DNA of 64,000 nt. Source: Dehalococcoidia bacterium. GTDB taxonomy: Bacteria > Chloroflexota > Dehalococcoidia > Lucifugimonadales > UBA3495. The position numbers and the translations under genes are program-made. The DNA is taken from assembly GCA_965220265.1 (NCBI GenBank), contig CBDCPM010000003.1, positions 23,673 through 87,672 on the forward strand. Direction: 5' to 3'. Each line of letters begins with the position of its first letter. Within the stretch, counting starts at the first letter, position 1. Below are positions 18,001 through 26,701 of this stretch, in pieces. The notes below the pieces were generated by a model. The model searched no databases and had not been told where the DNA came from. It worked only from the letters and a program-made list of their open reading frames with translations.

Positions 18001-21000
18001 CGCCGGCGGTTTGCTGCCGCGAGGAACCGAAGCCCTGGTTTCCCGACTTCCACTGCACCTTGTACCCGGTGATGGCCGTCCCGCCGGTGTCCGTCGGCGC
18101 CGTCCAGGCCACGGTGAGCTTCTTGTCGTCCTTGGTGACCGTCACCTCGGTGGGCTTGCCGGCCACGTCCAGCGTGGTGAATTTGGCGCTGGCCACACCC
18201 TCGCTGAAGTCCGATTCCAGCGACGCGTCCACCTGGTACTCGACGCCCTGGCTCAGGCCGCTCAGGGGGACGGTCGCCGAGGTTCCCGTGGTCGTTACCG
18301 TGTAGTTGGCGCTGGCCGGCGGGCTGCCGCTGGTGTCCCAGTAGCGCAGGTGCATCATCAAGCTTTCCGAGTCGGGATTGTTCAGCGTTACCTCGACCGT
18401 GGCTCCGCTCGTGCTTATCGACGCCGAATCGACGCTCACGCCGGTGACCCCGGGCTCCGAAGGCGGCTGGTAGTAGGCGTAGATCTTGTCAGCGTCGCCG
18501 TCGGCCACCCAGAGGGTGTCGCCGTCGGACCAGATGCCGCGGGGATGACCGTTGTCGCTGGACAGGTCAAATTCGGAGCTCTCCAGCCGTGTTCCATCCA
18601 GACCGTAGGCATAGATGTAGGTGTCGGTCCGGTCGGAAACCCAGAACACGGTGCCGTCCGACCAGACGCCCTCCGGGAAGTTGTTGTCGGCGATCAGAGA
18701 GACATCCTTGGTGGCGTCCCGCGCGACGACCGTGGAGCCGGTGACGAAGTCGTAGGCATAGAGCTTGCGGTCCGTGCGGTCCACCACCCAGACCGTATCC
18801 CCGTCGTTCCAGGCGCCCTCGGGCACGTCGTTGTCGGTGTCCAGGGCCCATTCCTTGGCGGTGAGCATCGAGCCGAATGTGCCGGTGGTGCCGACGTTGT
18901 GCGCGAACGCCTTCTTGGGGCTGTCGTTGATGACCCACATGGTCCCATCGCTGTTGGTGATGCCCCGGGGCGAGTGGTTGTCGGTGTCCAGGCCGAAGCT
19001 CTTGCCGGAGTTGTATGCCTTGTCGCCCAGGTTGTAGCCGTAGATGTGGTCTTCTCCGTTATCAACCACCCACATGGTCGTGCCGTCGGACGACAACCCC
19101 TTGGGGCCGTCGTTGTCGGCGTGCAGCGTACCGAAGTCCCGGTCCACCGGCCGGTTGGTGAAGGAGGCGCCGACCTCGGTGCCGTCCATGAAGGTGCTGT
19201 CGAGAGACGCCTCAAGGTCGTACGTGGCGTTGGGCGTCAGCCCGGTCAGGTCGAAGGCTGCCGAGATGCCAGCGGTAACCTGCGCCGTGGCGTTGGTCCA
19301 GGTGGTCTCGGTAGTCAGCCTGTGGCGCAAGTTCACGCTCAGCATTGCGGAGTCCGGGTTTTCCACCTCCACCGTGGCCGTGGCCGTATTCCGCCCGGTG
19401 CTCTTGGCGCTGACCGCGGTTAGCCCGGGCTCCCCAAGCGGCAGGTAGTAAGCGTAGAGTTTGCCGCCGGTCTGGTCCGACACCCACACGGTGTCGCCGT
19501 CGGACCAGATGCCCACCGGACTGGTGTTGGCCGGGTCCAGGTTGAATTCCTGCTCCTGGTCGCGGTCCCCGAAGGTTGCCCCGGCGCTCAACACGTAGGC
19601 GTAGGCCTTGTTATCATCCGCGTCAATCACCCACATGGTGGTGCCGTCGGACCAGATGCCCCGGGGGATAGCATTGCTGCCATCCAGCGATAAGCTGTGG
19701 CCAATCTTCTTGTCGCCCTTGCCGAAGGCATAAATGCGGTTAGATATGTAAAAAGTATCATCCCAGGCAACCCAAATGATGCTGGAATTCCCCCAAAGGC
19801 CATAGGTATCACTACCGCTAGCAACGTCTGAGAACGAGAAGGATTCATCCGCGTTGTGGGTCGGAGGATCCGCCTTGAAATTCACGGCGTCCACGTCACC
19901 GCCACCAGGGTCTGCCACCCACAGGTAGGTGCCGTCCGACCAGATCCCTTGTGGAGAACTGGTACCTCCAGTCCAACCGGAGAGGCCGCCCACCGCAATG
20001 GTACCCGCGTGCGCCTGGTCGTCACGGTTGTAGGTGAATACTTTGGCAGCCTCTTTTGTGTCCCCTGGGTTTCCCACGTACAGGGTGGTGGCATCCCCCC
20101 AGATGCCGGTGGGGATGGTGTTGGACACGTGCAGCATATCGAAGTCCTCGCCCGCCGGCCGGTTGGTGAAGACGCCGCTGACAACGCCGCTGGCGAAGTT
20201 GCTGTCCGGGGACGCCTCCAGGTCGTACGTGGCGTTGGGCGTCAGCCCGGTCAAATCTATGCCCACGGGGGTGCCCGTGCCACTCGTGGCTCCGCTTAGG
20301 GTGGCGTTCCAGGCGGTCTCGGAGGTGAGCCTGTGGCGCAGGTACACCGTTGCGTCGGTGTCTTCATCCACCTCCACCGTGGCCGTGGCCGTTTCCCGCC
20401 CAGTGCTCTTGGCGCTGACCGCAGTAACTCTGGGGCCGCTGCTGCCGCCCGGCAGGTAGTAGGCGTAGATCTTGCCGTCGTTCCAGTCCGACACCCACAC
20501 GGTGTCGCCGTCGGACCAGATGCCCAGCGGATTGCCGTTATCCGGGGGCAGGTCGAATTCCTGCTCCGTGTCGCGGTCCCCGAAGGTTGTTCCGGTGGTC
20601 AGCACGTAGGCGTAGGCCTTGTCATCATCCCGGTCAATCACCCACATGGTGTCGCCGTCGGACCAGATGCCCCGGGGATCAGCGTTGTCGTCATCCAGAT
20701 CGATGTCGTTGCCGCTGGAACGCCCCTTGTCGCCCTTGTTGTAGGCAAAAATCCCGTCCTGTCCGGGATTCAGATCATCGTAGGAAACCCAGATGACGCT
20801 GGAATTCCCCCAAAGGCCAAAGGTGTCAGTGGCGCCACGTTCGTTGAAAAGGAAAGACTCATCCGCGTTGTAGGTCGGGGGATCAGCCTTGAAAGCCACG
20901 GCTTCCAAATAACCATTTTCTTCGTCTGCCACCCACAGGTGGGTGCCGTCCGACCAGATCCCTTGCGGAGCCTTGGCATCTGCACGCCAATCGGTGAGGT

Positions 21001-22258
21001 CTTCCAATTTAATGGTACTCGCGTGCGACTGGTCGGCAAGGTTGTAGGTGTATACCCGGCTTTGACTTGTGAAGGCAGTGCTTTCTGGGTTTCCTACGTA
21101 CAGGGTGGTGGCATCCCCCCAGATGCCGGTGGGTTCGGTGTTGGACGCGTGCAGCATATCGAAGTCATCGCCCGCCGGCCGGTTGGTGAAGGCGCTTTCC
21201 TTGGTACCTTTAGCGAAATCGGCAACAGTTGCCGATTCGACGAAGTAGGAAATGTTGGGCGTCAGCCCGGTCAATGCAACCGTCACATCAGCACCCGGGG
21301 ATGGCGTGTCTGCGCTGAAATTGGCGGCCCAGGCCATCTCGTCGTACGGCCGGAACCGCACGTAAACCGTTCCCTCGTCGCCGGACGCCACTGACACAGT
21401 GACCGTGGCGGTGGTCCGCCCGGTGCTCTTGACGCTGAGCGCGGTGGTGGTGGAAACCGCCAGCGGCACGATCGGCGGCTCCGACCCCTGCCTGGCCGAT
21501 TCCAGCGGCGGCTGGGGGTTCAGGTCCTTCTCCAGGGTGATGGCGGTGAAGTTGGAGTGGTGGCTGACCACGCCGTCGCGCAGGGCCTTCACCCGGTAGA
21601 CGTAGCGCACGCCGCCCTCGGTGGCGTCGTAGTCAACCCAGGATGTGGCGTCGCTGCCCGTGTCCCGGTCCACCAGCAACAGGTCCTTTTCCCCTTCCAG
21701 GGGCCGTCGCCGCAGCACCTGGTAGCCGGTGACCGATTCGGCCTGCTGGGCCGGCGCGTCCCAGCGCAGGGTCACCGCGCCCTTCTCCACGGCGACGGCC
21801 AGGTTGGACGGGGCCCGCTGCGGGCCCACGTTGGTCAGGTCATCGTCCAGATTGAAGGCGGCGAAGTTGGAGCGCCCGCTGGCCTCATCTCCGCGCAGGG
21901 CCACCACCCGGTAGACGTAGCGCACTCCCCCCTCGGTGGCGGAGTAGTCGGCGTAGGCGGTGGCGGAGGTGCCGGTGTCGTCCTGCAGGGTCAGCAGGGA
22001 ATCCTCACCCTGCAGGGGACGGCGGCGGAGAATCCGGTAGCCGGTCACCGAGCCGCCGTCGCTGGCCGGAGCTGCCCAAGACAGGGTGAGCGCTCCGTCC
22101 ACCACGGCGGCGGTCAGGTTGGCGGGCGCCAGGTCCGCCGGGTCCGCGCCCTGGGCGGACGCCGGCCAAGCCAGGATCAGGCCAGCCGTGATCAGGGTAA
22201 GCAGTCCGGCGGCCAGGGCCAGCAGGACGAGGGGGGAGCTCCCAGCCAGCCTTTTCAT
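15080..22258 (-). CDS. giant secreted repeat protein (2392 aa): signal peptide, FN3 domains, three Ig-like+propeller-like modules, Ig-FN3-FN3 tandem units, C-terminal FN3 x3
   Basis: MKRLAGSSPLVLLALAAGLLTLITAGLILAWPASA-QG signal peptide at ATG 22258. FN3 signatures (LSWxxP...GYRIxRR...YxYRVxA and LTVAWTAPTDTGGTxITGYKVQW...EYTVRVLATN). Repeated blades GIWSDGxTxWVxD....KxYAY. The 58 codons upstream in the ORF track were rejected as an extension. Confidence 0.85.
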   Translation of the reverse strand: MKRLAGSSPLVLLALAAGLLTLITAGLILAWPASAQGADPADLAPANLTAAVVDGALTLSWAAPASDGGSVTGYRILRRRPLQGEDSLLTLQDDTGTSATAYADYSATEGGVRYVYRVVALRGDEASGRSNFAAFNLDDDLTNVGPQRAPSNLAVAVEKGAVTLRWDAPAQQAESVTGYQVLRRRPLEGEKDLLLVDRDTGSDATSWVDYDATEGGVRYVYRVKALRDGVVSHHSNFTAITLEKDLNPQPPLESARQGSEPPIVPLAVSTTTALSVKSTGRTTATVTVSVASGDEGTVYVRFRPYDEMAWAANFSADTPSPGADVTVALTGLTPNISYFVESATVADFAKGTKESAFTNRPAGDDFDMLHASNTEPTGIWGDATTLYVGNPESTAFTSQSRVYTYNLADQSHASTIKLEDLTDWRADAKAPQGIWSDGTHLWVADEENGYLEAVAFKADPPTYNADESFLFNERGATDTFGLWGNSSVIWVSYDDLNPGQDGIFAYNKGDKGRSSGNDIDLDDDNADPRGIWSDGDTMWVIDRDDDKAYAYVLTTGTTFGDRDTEQEFDLPPDNGNPLGIWSDGDTVWVSDWNDGKIYAYYLPGGSSGPRVTAVSAKSTGRETATATVEVDEDTDATVYLRHRLTSETAWNATLSGATSGTGTPVGIDLTGLTPNATYDLEASPDSNFASGVVSGVFTNRPAGEDFDMLHVSNTIPTGIWGDATTLYVGNPGDTKEAAKVFTYNRDDQAHAGTIAVGGLSGWTGGTSSPQGIWSDGTYLWVADPGGGDVDAVNFKADPPTHNADESFSFSDVASGSDTYGLWGNSSIIWVAWDDTFYISNRIYAFGKGDKKIGHSLSLDGSNAIPRGIWSDGTTMWVIDADDNKAYAYVLSAGATFGDRDQEQEFNLDPANTSPVGIWSDGDTVWVSDQTGGKLYAYYLPLGEPGLTAVSAKSTGRNTATATVEVENPDSAMLSVNLRHRLTTETTWTNATAQVTAGISAAFDLTGLTPNATYDLEASLDSTFMDGTEVGASFTNRPVDRDFGTLHADNDGPKGLSSDGTTMWVVDNGEDHIYGYNLGDKAYNSGKSFGLDTDNHSPRGITNSDGTMWVINDSPKKAFAHNVGTTGTFGSMLTAKEWALDTDNDVPEGAWNDGDTVWVVDRTDRKLYAYDFVTGSTVVARDATKDVSLIADNNFPEGVWSDGTVFWVSDRTDTYIYAYGLDGTRLESSEFDLSSDNGHPRGIWSDGDTLWVADGDADKIYAYYQPPSEPGVTGVSVDSASISTSGATVEVTLNNPDSESLMMHLRYWDTSGSPPASANYTVTTTGTSATVPLSGLSQGVEYQVDASLESDFSEGVASAKFTTLDVAGKPTEVTVTKDDKKLTVAWTAPTDTGGTAITGYKVQWKSGNQGFGSSRQQTAGAADTSDDITVLTNGTEYTVRVLATNSVGDGAWSDEKKGTPSTVPGKPVVSIVQGNTELTVSWTVDDGGSAITGHTLQHKLASVAGWASADVTEVDKAADQTSHTITGLTNGTSYTVRVKATNANGASDWSDEATGAPVAGPSVTDVDTEDLAKTTAKVVVTIANPQSTSETVHMRYKKTADANWSTARTLSTMGTEVKFPLTGLSGGTEYQAQASLDGTFATGVVSHTFTTLNEPGAPTGVTVTKDDKKLTVAWTAPTDTGGTDITGYKVQWKSGNQGFNVSRQHTAGASATSYDITGLTNGTEYTVRVLATNSVGDGAWSDEKKGTPSTVPGKPSVDVSAGNGLLQVRWTVDDGGAAITGHTLQYKLSSVTGWATADVTEVDKAADQTSHTITGLTNGTDYTVRLQATNANGTGAWSDVERGTPTAKPPPSVTIATEESEPIRGPFTFTVTFNEEVEDFHCYEDEPENPPDGPRCEIGAGYVGGALVDVRDFQEVEVNSAGEHVFSARVEDILTGTLAIFVNEGKARAKAGGLGNTFGALQVEVERPVLPDTPGVNFWSANLTPAAIGGYLGYGSVGGPTGGSLSDDEFHRPGQTYTVKALLYNPAQGEVMLDLSHALPNRGERMILAVDGKWVSESNPEQSGVNEGGEALWTYHWHPADPGFEAGQSVDVRLSRQAPNILVTREYAAMSWDDPEDDSITGYRIERRDRDQGGGFRTLVADTGSADTSYTDRSVEPGGRYAYQVTALNDYGESDPSGPVEVEIPGGPPDRPTGLGATASEEAVTLSWDDPQDDGITGYRIERQDREGGDGFATLVADTGNADTGYTDGTVEAGGSYAYRVSASNGDGESPPSAAANADVPGGNPSGGQAPAKPTGLNAVASGGNVVLTWANPNDDGITGYRIWRRNRDRDPAGQFSVLVDDTHSDATMFTDRGVKPDTRYAYRIAAVNDAGESQWSGSARVRTPPAPVHRDG
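16718..18442. repeat. tandem duplication inside the giant gene, period about 864 bp (Ig-like + FN3 + FN3 unit, 2 copies)
   Basis: Shadow ORFs starting at 16803 and 17667 (864 nt apart) translate almost identically. The protein repeats GKPTEVTVTKDDKKLTVAWTAPTDTGG...GDGAWSDEKKGTPSTVPGKP. Confidence 0.9.
18443..21454. repeat. three tandem modules of about 1 kb (about 335 aa each): FN3/Ig-like domain followed by five blade-like repeats
   Basis: Module boundaries come from protein self-alignment: AVSAKSTGRxTATATVEV...FTNRPAGxDFDMLH...(5 blades)...YAYYLP. Modules are about 20423-21454, 19418-20422 and 18443-19417. Confidence 0.75.
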
Positions 22259-22269
22259 GGCTAAAACTC

Positions 22270-22282
22270 GGGGGGGGGGGGG
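22270..22282. repeat. G13 (C13 on the coding strand) homopolymer 11 nt upstream of the giant-gene start codon
   Basis: Counted directly: ...ctaaaactc g gggggggggg gg caataacg... Confidence 0.95.
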
Positions 22283-22880
22283 CAATAACGGGCGATGCGC
22301 ATGATGCTTGGCTACCTGATCAGGGCGAGGGGCTTGCTTTGATATGAGGCGTCGGTTTCGGGATGGTCGGTTGACTGGTATGTTTGGGCCTCCCGCCGGA
22401 TTTTCAGGCTGGGAGCGAGCGGCATTATACACTACCGACGTGTGCTTCCATATAGACTAAGACTGACTGGATAGCAATAGTTTCACTATTTTTCACTTTC
22501 TCGAGCATTCACCCGTGGCGCGCCGCCCCCAGGATGAAACAACGGAGCGCGCCGCCATCGCCGGACAGGTTCGTCGCCATGCGACGGGCCCAGCGCGTGC
22601 GGAAGCGCTGCGGGCGCACCGGCGCTGACCCCCCGACGGCGCCCGGTCCGGCCGGGCCCAGGCCATCCGCTCACCGGGCGAGCGTTGCCCGCTCGCCCGG
22701 CATATTGACGCGACACCGCGCGCATGTATCATCATGGTATAACAGTGTGGATTTATCCGTTATCACCGGATAACCTGTACTACGGACACAGGTGGCCATG
22801 CCCTGGCCCGGCGCCGGCGGGACCCCCCGCGGAGCATCATCATCCCAAACCCACATCAACAGCACGACTACCTGCTGGCC

Positions 22881-23702
22881 GTGGGCCCGGGCCGTTCCGG
22901 CACCGATTTCCTGTTCCAGCTCCTGCGCGCCCATCCCGAGTTCGCCTTCCCCGAAATCAAGGAGGGCGGCTACTACCGCTCCCCGGGCCGCTTCCGGAGG
23001 GCCCGCCGCCGCATCGCCGGACCCAGGGTGCTGGCCGACGTCAGCAACCGGGCCTATCGAGATCCCCGCCTAACCACCCGCCTCCGGGCCCTGGACGAGG
23101 CCGGCGTGCGCACCCTGGTGGTGGTGACCATCCGGGACCACGTGGCCCGGGCCGAGTCGACGATGCTCTTTCGGGCCAGCCGTGGGGAACCCTCCGCCTG
23201 GCTGGGCCGGCGGTTCCTGGAGCATCGGGTGGTGGCCGACCGGCTCACCAGCCGGCAGCTTGAGGCGATCTGCGACAGCGGCGCCGACGTCATGATCGTC
23301 GACTTCGACCGCCTGGTGAACCGGACCGCCGCGACGCTGGCGCGCCTCGCCGACCGCTGCGGCGTGGCCCCCTTCGCCGCGGCAAACGCCATCCGTCCCG
23401 TCAACCCGTCGGTCCAGGCCCGCTGGATGCCATTCTCCGCTTTGGGCAAGCTGGCCGCCGTGCTGCTGCGCCGGGCCGGCGCCCACGGCGCCCTGCAGCG
23501 GGTCAAGGACTCGCCGGCGGTGCGCCGCCTCTTCTTCCATGGCCCGGAGGTCCGCCCGGCGCGCCCGCAAATATCACCGGCGAACCGGTCGCTCCTGCAA
23601 CGGGAAAACGCCCGGTGCCGGACGGCGATGGCCCGACGCGCCGCGGCCGTCAGCCGGGACCGGGGGGACCTCAGGCCCGTTCCCGACGGAGCCGACTCGT
23701 GA
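22881..23702 (+). CDS. sulfotransferase (PAPS-dependent, P-loop GPGRSGT type)
   Basis: The 5'-PSB-like motif (LLAV)GPGRSGTDFLFQLL sits at the very N-terminus. The only in-frame ATG/GTG/TTG start is GTG 22881 (an upstream in-frame CTG exists), which clips the strand before the P-loop, so the start is uncertain. Confidence 0.65.
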   Translation: MGPGRSGTDFLFQLLRAHPEFAFPEIKEGGYYRSPGRFRRARRRIAGPRVLADVSNRAYRDPRLTTRLRALDEAGVRTLVVVTIRDHVARAESTMLFRASRGEPSAWLGRRFLEHRVVADRLTSRQLEAICDSGADVMIVDFDRLVNRTAATLARLADRCGVAPFAAANAIRPVNPSVQARWMPFSALGKLAAVLLRRAGAHGALQRVKDSPAVRRLFFHGPEVRPARPQISPANRSLLQRENARCRTAMARRAAAVSRDRGDLRPVPDGADS

Positions 23703-24709
23703 AGCCCCTGCCCCAGGATCCGCCCGCGGTCAGCGTGGTCATTCCCTGCCGCAACGCCCCTGGCACCATCGTCGCCACCCTGGATTCCATCGTGGCCCAG
23801 CGCTACGACGGCCCACTGGAAATCATCGTCGCCGACGGCTCCGACGACGACCGGACCGCGCGGGTCATCCGGGAGGCCCATCCCGGGGTCCGCGTGATAC
23901 CCAACCCCGAGCGGATCGCGTCCACCGCGCTGAACCGCGCCGTCGCGGCATCCGCCGGTGAGGTCATCCTCCGCTGCGATGCCCACGCCGAACTCACCCC
24001 GGGCTACATCGCCCGGGCGGTGGCCACGCTGCGGCGGACGGGAGCGGCCAACGTGGGCGGACGGCAGATCCCGGTGGGCGACGGCCGGTTCGCCAGGGCG
24101 GTGGGCCTGGCCCTAACCACCCCGCTGGGCGCCGGCGACTCGCGCTACAAGACGGGCGGCCCCGAGGGGCCGGTGGACACGGTGTACCTGGGCGTGTTCC
24201 GCCGCGAGGCCCTGGAAGCGGTGGGCGGCTTCGACCCCACGCTCCTGCGCAACCAGGACTACGAGCTCAACTGGCGACTGCGCCGGTCGGGAGGGACGGT
24301 GTGGTTCGATCCGGAGCTGCGCGTGCTGTACCGGCCCCGCCGGAGCCTGCGCCAGCTGGCCCGGCAGTACTTCAGCTACGGACGCTGGAAGGCGGCGATG
24401 CTGCTGCGCCATCCGAGATCAACCCGGCCCCGTCAGCTGGCCGCTCCGGCCCTGTGCGCGGGCCTGGGCCTGTCCGCGGCGCTCTGCGCCGGGCCCGAGC
24501 CCCGGCTGGCCCTGGCGCTTCCGCTGGTCTACCTGCTGTCGCTGGCCATCGGCTCGGCGGCGGTGGGCATTCGCCGCCGGGACCGGGCCGCCCTGCTGCT
24601 GCCCCTGGCCCTGGCCACCATGCACCTCAGCTGGGGCCTCGGGTTCTTCCTGCCGGCGCGCCGCCTGCGCCACTCCGCCGCGCCGCCGCCGACACCGGCA
24701 GAGCGCTGA
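23699..24709 (+). CDS. family-2 glycosyltransferase with C-terminal membrane helices
   Basis: VSVVIPCRNAPGTIVATLDSIVAQ...EIIVADGSDDD...RCDAH. The GTG start overlaps the upstream stop (GTGA). Confidence 0.8.
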   Translation: MKPLPQDPPAVSVVIPCRNAPGTIVATLDSIVAQRYDGPLEIIVADGSDDDRTARVIREAHPGVRVIPNPERIASTALNRAVAASAGEVILRCDAHAELTPGYIARAVATLRRTGAANVGGRQIPVGDGRFARAVGLALTTPLGAGDSRYKTGGPEGPVDTVYLGVFRREALEAVGGFDPTLLRNQDYELNWRLRRSGGTVWFDPELRVLYRPRRSLRQLARQYFSYGRWKAAMLLRHPRSTRPRQLAAPALCAGLGLSAALCAGPEPRLALALPLVYLLSLAIGSAAVGIRRRDRAALLLPLALATMHLSWGLGFFLPARRLRHSAAPPPTPAER

Positions 24710-24751
24710 GCGCGGCATCCGGACCTGAGGCGGCCACGCGGCGCACCCTCC

Positions 24752-26650
24752 TCACCACCCGCGCCCGTCGGGACCGGCGTCGGCAGCGCTGCCCGAAGCG
24801 CTCGGCAGGACCGTCAGCTCCTGCAGGTAGGGAGAATGCGGGGCCACCCTCTTAAGTTCGCCGGCGTGATGTTCGGCCAACCGCAGGTACCGTTCCTGCC
24901 GCTGCGACGCCGACTCGTAGAATCGGGTCGCCAGGTAGTGCGTATACCAGCTGTCGGGCTCGTCGGCCAGGCTCAGCTCGATCTCCGCGCCGACCAGCGC
25001 CATGACCTGGTCCAGCTCATCCTCGGGAAGAGACGACATGACGTTGATGGTGTTGACCACCATGGCGGTGCGCCAGTGGCCGGCCAGCGGCGGAAATTCC
25101 CGGTAGAGTTCCCGGGCCTCCCGCAGGGTCTCCGGCCAGGTCTGCTGCAGCGCGATGTTCTGGGCCCCCAGGAAGGGTTTCACGTTCCACTGGACCAGGC
25201 TGAAGACCAGCGCCGCCGCCACCAGCGCCGCCACCGCCGGAGCCGCGTACCGCCGGCGGGCCCGGGCGGTCAGCCCGCCGGCCAACCGGCGACCCCAGGA
25301 CGGCCAGAAAGGCCAGGACGGCCAGGTCCGCAGCAGTCCCCCGACCCCGTGCTCCTGGGACGCGAAGAAGGCGACCACCAGCGCAAACTGCAGCATGAAG
25401 GACTGGGTGTCGAACAGGAACAGGCTGATCGTCAGATACCCGGCCAGCGCCGCGGCCATGGCCAGCGCAAACCGCCGCTCCACGCCCTCCCGGTCCAGCG
25501 CCAGGCGCAGCGCCGTGAGCGCCAGCGCCAGCCAGAGCACCGAGTAGACAAAAAATCCCGCCGTGCCCGTGCTCACCAGCGTGTCCAGCGCCTTGTTGTG
25601 GGCCTGGTCCACGGAATGGCCCGAGTACTCGTCCACGGTTATGTGACGACCCCACGCCGAGCGGTAGTTCTCCGGTCCCCAGCCCAGCAGCGGCCGCTCC
25701 CGGTATGCCTCCAGCCCGATCCGCAGCGTGTTCAGACGGTTGCGGGCGCTCCGGCCCTCCTCACCCGCCACGGCCACCGACAGCCGCCGGGACATCACGT
25801 CGTACTTCGCCGGCAGGCCCAGGCTGCCGCCCAGCAGCCCCACCGCGGTAACCGCAACCAACACCGTCAGCGCCGCCAGCGCGGCGCCGACCACCATCCG
25901 GCGCCGGTCCAGCAGCAGCGCGCCGGCGGCGAACACCAGCGCCATCGCCACCACCCCCAGCAGCCCGGACCGGGCGGCCGAGGTCCACAGCGCCGCCAGG
26001 TTCAACACCACCGCCGCCGCCACCAGGTACCGGGTCCACGCGCCCCGCCAGCGCCAGTGGTCCCTCCAGGGGCAGAGCAGCAGCGCGACGCCGAAACCGG
26101 CGTTCATCGCCGCGTAGGCCCCCAGGAAAAGCCCCGAGCCCAGCGTGGAGCCGGCCCGCGCCACCTCGGAAAACACCCAGACCCACCCGACCAGGCCCAG
26201 GTATCCGGCCAACCCCAGCGCCGAGACCGCCGCTCCCACCACCAGGTGCGCGCCGAGCAGCGCCTGCCAGGCCGGGAAGGTGCGGAACACCGACGCCGCC
26301 ACCAGGATGAAACCGCACCAGTGGGCCAGCTCCACGACGCCGTGCATCCGTTCGTAGCCGGACCACAGGCTCCGGCCGACGTTCACGCCCAACAGCGCCG
26401 CCAGCGTCGATACCCCCAGCCACGCCAGCAGCGCCAGCAGGATGACCGACGGACGGGGCCGGTACTCGGGCGCCCGCCAGGCCAGCAGCAGCCAGCCCGC
26501 GAACGCGATCTCAACCAGAGATCGGGCCAAGAGGGACTTGCCCACCACGAAGGGAAACACGGTGGTGTAGCTCACCACCAGCGGTATCAGGCACACCAGC
26601 GCCAGACACACCCTCACCCCGGTCAACAGGTATCGTTCCCGCTGCGTCAT
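24752..26650 (-). CDS. O-antigen ligase/polymerase-like (Wzy_C-type) polytopic membrane protein with a soluble C-terminal extension
   Basis: More than 10 predicted TM helices. Contains RLNTLRIGLEAYRERPLLGWGPENY...QAHNKALDTLVSTG, characteristic of the Wzy_C loop. Confidence 0.7.
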   Translation of the reverse strand: MTQRERYLLTGVRVCLALVCLIPLVVSYTTVFPFVVGKSLLARSLVEIAFAGWLLLAWRAPEYRPRPSVILLALLAWLGVSTLAALLGVNVGRSLWSGYERMHGVVELAHWCGFILVAASVFRTFPAWQALLGAHLVVGAAVSALGLAGYLGLVGWVWVFSEVARAGSTLGSGLFLGAYAAMNAGFGVALLLCPWRDHWRWRGAWTRYLVAAAVVLNLAALWTSAARSGLLGVVAMALVFAAGALLLDRRRMVVGAALAALTVLVAVTAVGLLGGSLGLPAKYDVMSRRLSVAVAGEEGRSARNRLNTLRIGLEAYRERPLLGWGPENYRSAWGRHITVDEYSGHSVDQAHNKALDTLVSTGTAGFFVYSVLWLALALTALRLALDREGVERRFALAMAAALAGYLTISLFLFDTQSFMLQFALVVAFFASQEHGVGGLLRTWPSWPFWPSWGRRLAGGLTARARRRYAAPAVAALVAAALVFSLVQWNVKPFLGAQNIALQQTWPETLREARELYREFPPLAGHWRTAMVVNTINVMSSLPEDELDQVMALVGAEIELSLADEPDSWYTHYLATRFYESASQRQERYLRLAEHHAGELKRVAPHSPYLQELTVLPSASGSAADAGPDGRGW

Positions 26651-26701
26651 GACACCGATACCACCCGCAGTCCGCGCCCCATGGCGATATCGTCAACCGG
26701 T

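Noticed and set aside
22259-22432. 58-codon N-terminal extension of the giant ORF (MYNAARSQPENPAGG...PPPPRVLA).
   Set aside because: A canonical signal peptide begins at the internal Met (22258). The extension is low-complexity and contains the C13 tract. I kept it only as an alternative in the phase-variation finding.
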